The notes beneath the pieces were generated by a model. That model was not told the origin of the DNA. It saw only the letters and a list, made by a program, of their open reading frames with translations, and made no database searches. From positions 44,020,001 through 44,084,000 of the forward strand of contig CM060731.1 of assembly GCA_030704615.1 (NCBI GenBank): DNA of 64,000 nt, read 5' to 3'. Numbering within the stretch: the stretch's first letter is position 1; each line of letters opens with the position of its first letter. This document shows positions 59,745 to 64,000 of the stretch, one piece after another. The DNA is from Takakia lepidozioides (Eukaryota; Plantae; Bryophyta). Made by a program: the position numbers and the translations under genes.

Positions 59745-62700
59745 TGAGTCCGAGCTCATGACCAATCAAGTCGCCAATGCGTTCAAAAACCTTTTTGAGG
59801 CTCAACGTGAGCTTCACGAAGTTGTGTATGGGGCCCCTCCACAATGCGATACAGGGGGCGCAGGGGGCACGTAGACGAGTGATGGGCCCTCTGTGTTACA
59901 GGTTGAGGAGATGGTTAAACCTCGTCTTCATTCAATTTCCGCCCCGCAAAGTGACGATGTACATGACGAGGATATCATTCCAAGTCAATCTGCCGTTGTA
60001 TCTTTGTCGCAGGTTGGTGAATTGTACTCAACCCAGCTGCACTTAGGGGTGAACCTAGCAAACTTGACGCGGGATTTGCCAATGAATTCTGATACTGATA
60101 CTGAAGATGATACATCAAGGTGGAACACCCAAGTGCGAACCTCTTTGTCCGCAACCCCAGTCATTTCTTTTGGAGGTCTTAATCGAAGAACCGGGGACCC
60201 GCTTGACCCAGAGTTTGTGTATGACTTTGAATCTGGAGATGCTGGGTTGAACCCTCCATGCAACAATGTAAGTATTTGTGAGGATCATTTGGTCAACCTC
60301 TCTCAGAATGACACTGTTCGAATGATGCAGACCGAAGATCCAAGTCATTTCGCGCCACAACATGTCACATTGGAGGAGGTGGTCAGTATTGAGGGTGACA
60401 TTGTCCGGGGGATTGAGCAGACAGACAGTCACCGAGCCTTCGTGGGTCACATTGATGTGGAGGGTGACACTGCAAGGGGAGGAGGCCGTGAAACCGAGGG
60501 TTACACTGCACCTGAGGGTGACACTGCGCAGAGAGGAGCAACTGGGAGGGTTACACTGCACCTCAGGGTGACACTGCGGTTACCGGTGTGGCTGACACTG
60601 CCGTGAGGGACATTGTCGTGGGTGACACACCATTGCCCGTGAACACTACAACTTCCGTTGAGAGTGACATTGACATGGGTTACACTGGTAGGGATGACAC
60701 CCCACAGCCAACCCACATGGCAGATGTCCGTGAGTGTAACACTGCCATGGATGACACTCCACTACCACTAGTCGTGGAGGGTGATACTCCTTTGCCACAA
60801 CCACTAGTTGCGACGGATGACGCTCTTCTGCTAGTCAACATGGTCTTGGAGGGTGACAGTGCGGAGAAGGGCGACACAGTCAAGGATGGCATTTGAGGAG
60901 GTTGATGCAAAGAAATGTGACATCAACATGGGTGACAAGGGGTAGGTTGTCACCGAGGAGGTTGTCAGTTGGAAGGGTGACACAGAGTAGGGTCACACTG
61001 AGAAGCGTTTCACTGTGGAGAGACACGAAGAGGAGGATGTTGCGGAGCATCGTGACACTGAGAAGAGGACACCGCCAAGGGTGACACACATAAGATTGTT
61101 ACTCAGCAGGGTGACACTGGGAAGGAACCCGATGAAAAGGGTGACACTGCAAAGAGTGACACTGATAATGCAGCCAAAGAGAAGGGTGACACTGAGAAGG
61201 TAGCCGAAGAGAAGGGTGACACTGAGATGCGTGACACTGAGGAGGTAGCCGAAGAGAAGGGTGACACTGACATGGGCAGCACCGAGGAGGTGAGCTGTGA
61301 CACTTCTGCCCTTGGTCAGTCACCTCCCCAGCACGTCTCAGACGAGGGAGTGCAGTCTTCAGCACTTGCAGCAAACTCAGAACAAGGCACCTTTGGCCCA
61401 AAAATTCCCCCTACCGGCGGCATTGTCAGGGTTGCAGAGAATCCCAGGAGGTCAAAACGGCCCCCTGCTCAAAGAAAGCGGTTGGCTGAACCCCCTAGCG
61501 CTGACAAAGAAGTACATGTTCTTGTCGCACCCAAAAAACAGCGAACCAAATCGAAAGGCAAAAGTGCAGGGGTCTCCGAGGTTGACGTTGTCCAGCAGCA
61601 AGAGGTCCTTGCCAAGCACTTGCGGGAGCGTTCGAGGTACCTCATTGTACTTTGATCCTCTCTGATTGTGAATATTGATTATAACTCTTGTATGATGCAT
61701 CGTAATGTTTGTAATGTGCGGTTTGTTGTGCAGACTAAAACAACGGTACTTGACGAAGTTCAGAATGGTGTCGGACCCTCCTGGGGCGCCCGAAGTGAAG
61801 TTTTATTATGGCGATGCCTTCCTGGCTTCTACCCTGTTACAGTTTTACTTGGAAGAGACAAATTTTGAGCCGATGTATAAAATAAGAGCAACTGTCACAG
61901 ATGCATTGTTCTCGGGTTACAACAAACTTCTGGAGCCAAATTGTTTAAGGCTATCGCACCTGAGTTTGTCATCTGTGCTCCTTTCCAGTGGCATGTCATG
62001 CATACCAATGGTAACGATCTGCAGACGCTATTCGGGTTGGTGCAAGAATGGTATACTCAAGATGCCCAAGGGATGGTATTCACCAAGAATCGAGATCTTG
62101 TGGACGTGGTTGTCATCCCTATTGTCTTCGAGTAAATAATTGGAGCGTTGACTGATCATGTTGGGTTACACTCCTCTGTTCTACACTGAGTTGCACTAGT
62201 TTGGAGTTGCACTGCTGACTAGTTGTGTTACACCGTTTAGAGTTACAGTACAAAGGGTTACACTACTGGGTTACACCACTGAGGGTTACACCACAATGGG
62301 TTTCATTGGAGAGTTTTTTTTTCTATTCTGACGTTACGGCTTTGTTTGTGTTGCAGTGATCACTAGAGTGTTGCTGTTTTAGAGCGCCGAGGTCGGATAG
62401 TACATTTGGACTCCCATAAAACCATTGCCCGACCCAAACTCATTGAAGGAATTTTGCGAAATTTTGCCATAGCGTTCTTTGATTGCATGCCTGAATCTGA
62501 TGACTTCAGTTACGTCATGGAGAGGATGGAATGGTTTGAGGCCAGTGTCCCCCAGCAACGGAGCTGTTGGGAGTGCGGCTATTATGCACTTTGTTTTGTG
62601 CAATTTTTACTTGGAGTGGAAGTTCAATGTGAAAACCACAGAAGATCGAACCCGTCATAGGCGGGCGTTTACTGCAAGTTGGTTCGACGAGTCAACCATG

Positions 62701-62778
62701 ATAGCTTCCTGTACTCATATGATTAGTTGGCTGTGTGACGAGATGGACAAAGACTTGGTCAAATGGCCAAAGAAATAA
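59745..62778 (+). pseudogene. Ulp1-like (peptidase C48) gene with a long acidic EGDT-repeat N-terminus, disrupted
   Basis: VDVVVIPIVF / DH*SVAVL (HW changed to H-TAG at 62364) ...VHLDSH...VPQQRSCWECGYYAL, matching the H-D-Q-C order of C48 proteases. Confidence 0.75.
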
Positions 62779-62849
62779 ATAGCGTCTCTTGATGCATTTT
62801 TTGCTTCTATGTGGTTTGTTCGTAACACTTCACAATTTGGGTTTCATGC

Positions 62850-64000
62850 AATGGGCTTACATGGGGTTACACCTTATTGGGTTACATGAAGTGGAGTCAT
62901 AGACAAGTACTTGGGTACACCTTGGAGCCCTGGGGCAATGGGCTTACACTTTGTGGGTTCACACATAAGTGATGGGTTACACCGTGCCGGGTCTCACAAC
63001 GTGGGGTTACACTTATGGGTTACATGCAATGGGCCTCTCAGGGTTACATGGTTGGGCCTTCCTGGCTATGTCAGGGTCACGTAGCTGAAACAGTATAGTT
63101 TCGTGGCATGTAACCCCACCTCGACTATGCACACTTGTTTTTTTTTTTTTTTTTTGTTTTTTCGCACTGAAGTTTTTGTGCACTGAAGTTCTCAGAGTTA
63201 TACTACATGGGGTTACAAACATGAGGGCTATGTACAATGGGTTACATACGATGGGGTCACAATAGTGGGGGTAACATCTGGTCGGGCTACATACTTCTTG
63301 GAGTTACAACACTCTGGGTTACACTCACTCAAGAGGGTTACACAGTTCTGAGTTACACTGTGCACAGTGACAGTGGGCAGGGTTGCCTATACAAGGGCTA
63401 CGTGTCGTGGAGATACATAAGATGGGGTGATGTAGCATCGGGGTTTACTGCATGCACCCCAAATTGTACAATGGGTTACATGCGATGGGGTGACAACAGT
63501 GGGGGTTACATGTGGTCGGGATACATACTTCTTGGGGTTACACGACAACAAGTTACACTCCGGAGGGCTACACTGGTCCATAACATAGGTTGAACGGAAT
63601 GATTATCTATCTCATGGATTACACGTCCATGGGTTACACACAAATTGGGTTACACATAGAGGGGTTACACATATATGAGTTACACATGCAAGGTGGGTTA
63701 CAGATAGAGGGGTTGCACATAGAGGGGTTACACATACAGGGGCTAGTGTTGGCGACTAAAGGTGCTCGACTTCAGCGTCTTCCCACTCTGTATTGAAGGG
63801 TCATGTAACCCCGGCAGACTAACCCAGACCCTGTAGTCACACTGCAGTCATTGACTTATAATTCTCAGAGTTATACCACTGACAACAATATTCTCTGGGG
63901 TTACATACTGGGATACACTGTTGATAGTTACATTGCAGTTACACTTGGAGTTACACCACAATGAGTTACACTGAAGAGGGTTACACTGTGTGGAGTACGA
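62850..64000. repeat. Dense GGGTTACA octamer cluster (reverse complement of the 55270 array motif)
   Basis: Directly visible. Confidence 0.9.

Larger units (their letters stand above)
55100..64000 (+). mobile_element. Probable DNA transposon (MULE- or CACTA-type) carrying zinc-finger and Ulp1-like genes; extends beyond the window
   Basis: Octamer clusters in both orientations, a CxxC-x12-H zinc-finger ORF, an acidic repeat ORF and a C48 protease remnant. No transposase or terminus was identified inside the window. Confidence 0.6.

Noticed and set aside
50138-62366. In-frame stops rescued by RNA editing or readthrough
   Set aside because: Nuclear TE and pseudogene context with accompanying frameshifts; ordinary mutational decay explains them

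Overview
Nuclear DNA of a non-seed land plant, probably a bryophyte (inferred from short introns, a DYW-type PLS-PPR gene and the repeat content). From left to right: an intron-rich condensin SMC4 gene (~110-15383, +) whose introns hold many 5'-truncated LINE 3' ends with (CATTT)n tails; a MITE-rich intergenic region with an orphan RsmE exon; an intronless serine:glyoxylate aminotransferase AGT1 (-) with a tandem ABRE/G-box array upstream; a six-exon EamA/DMT transporter; an intact PLS-E-DYW RNA editing factor; a nest of MITEs; and a decayed PPR gene cluster whose N-termini carry OSB-type 'PDF' ssDNA-binding motifs. That cluster is interrupted by a defective CACTA transposon containing a ~103-bp tandem array homologous to the PPR 5' region, with a captured DYW fragment inside the array. 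The window ends in a second transposon-like element with a zinc-finger ORF and a Ulp1-like protease, saturated with a TGTAACCC/GGGTTACA octamer. The best candidates for new biology are the PDF-PPR(-DYW) fusion architecture, the PPR-derived array in the CACTA element, and the VANDAL/VANC-like motif-loaded Ulp1 element. All alignments were made by eye.
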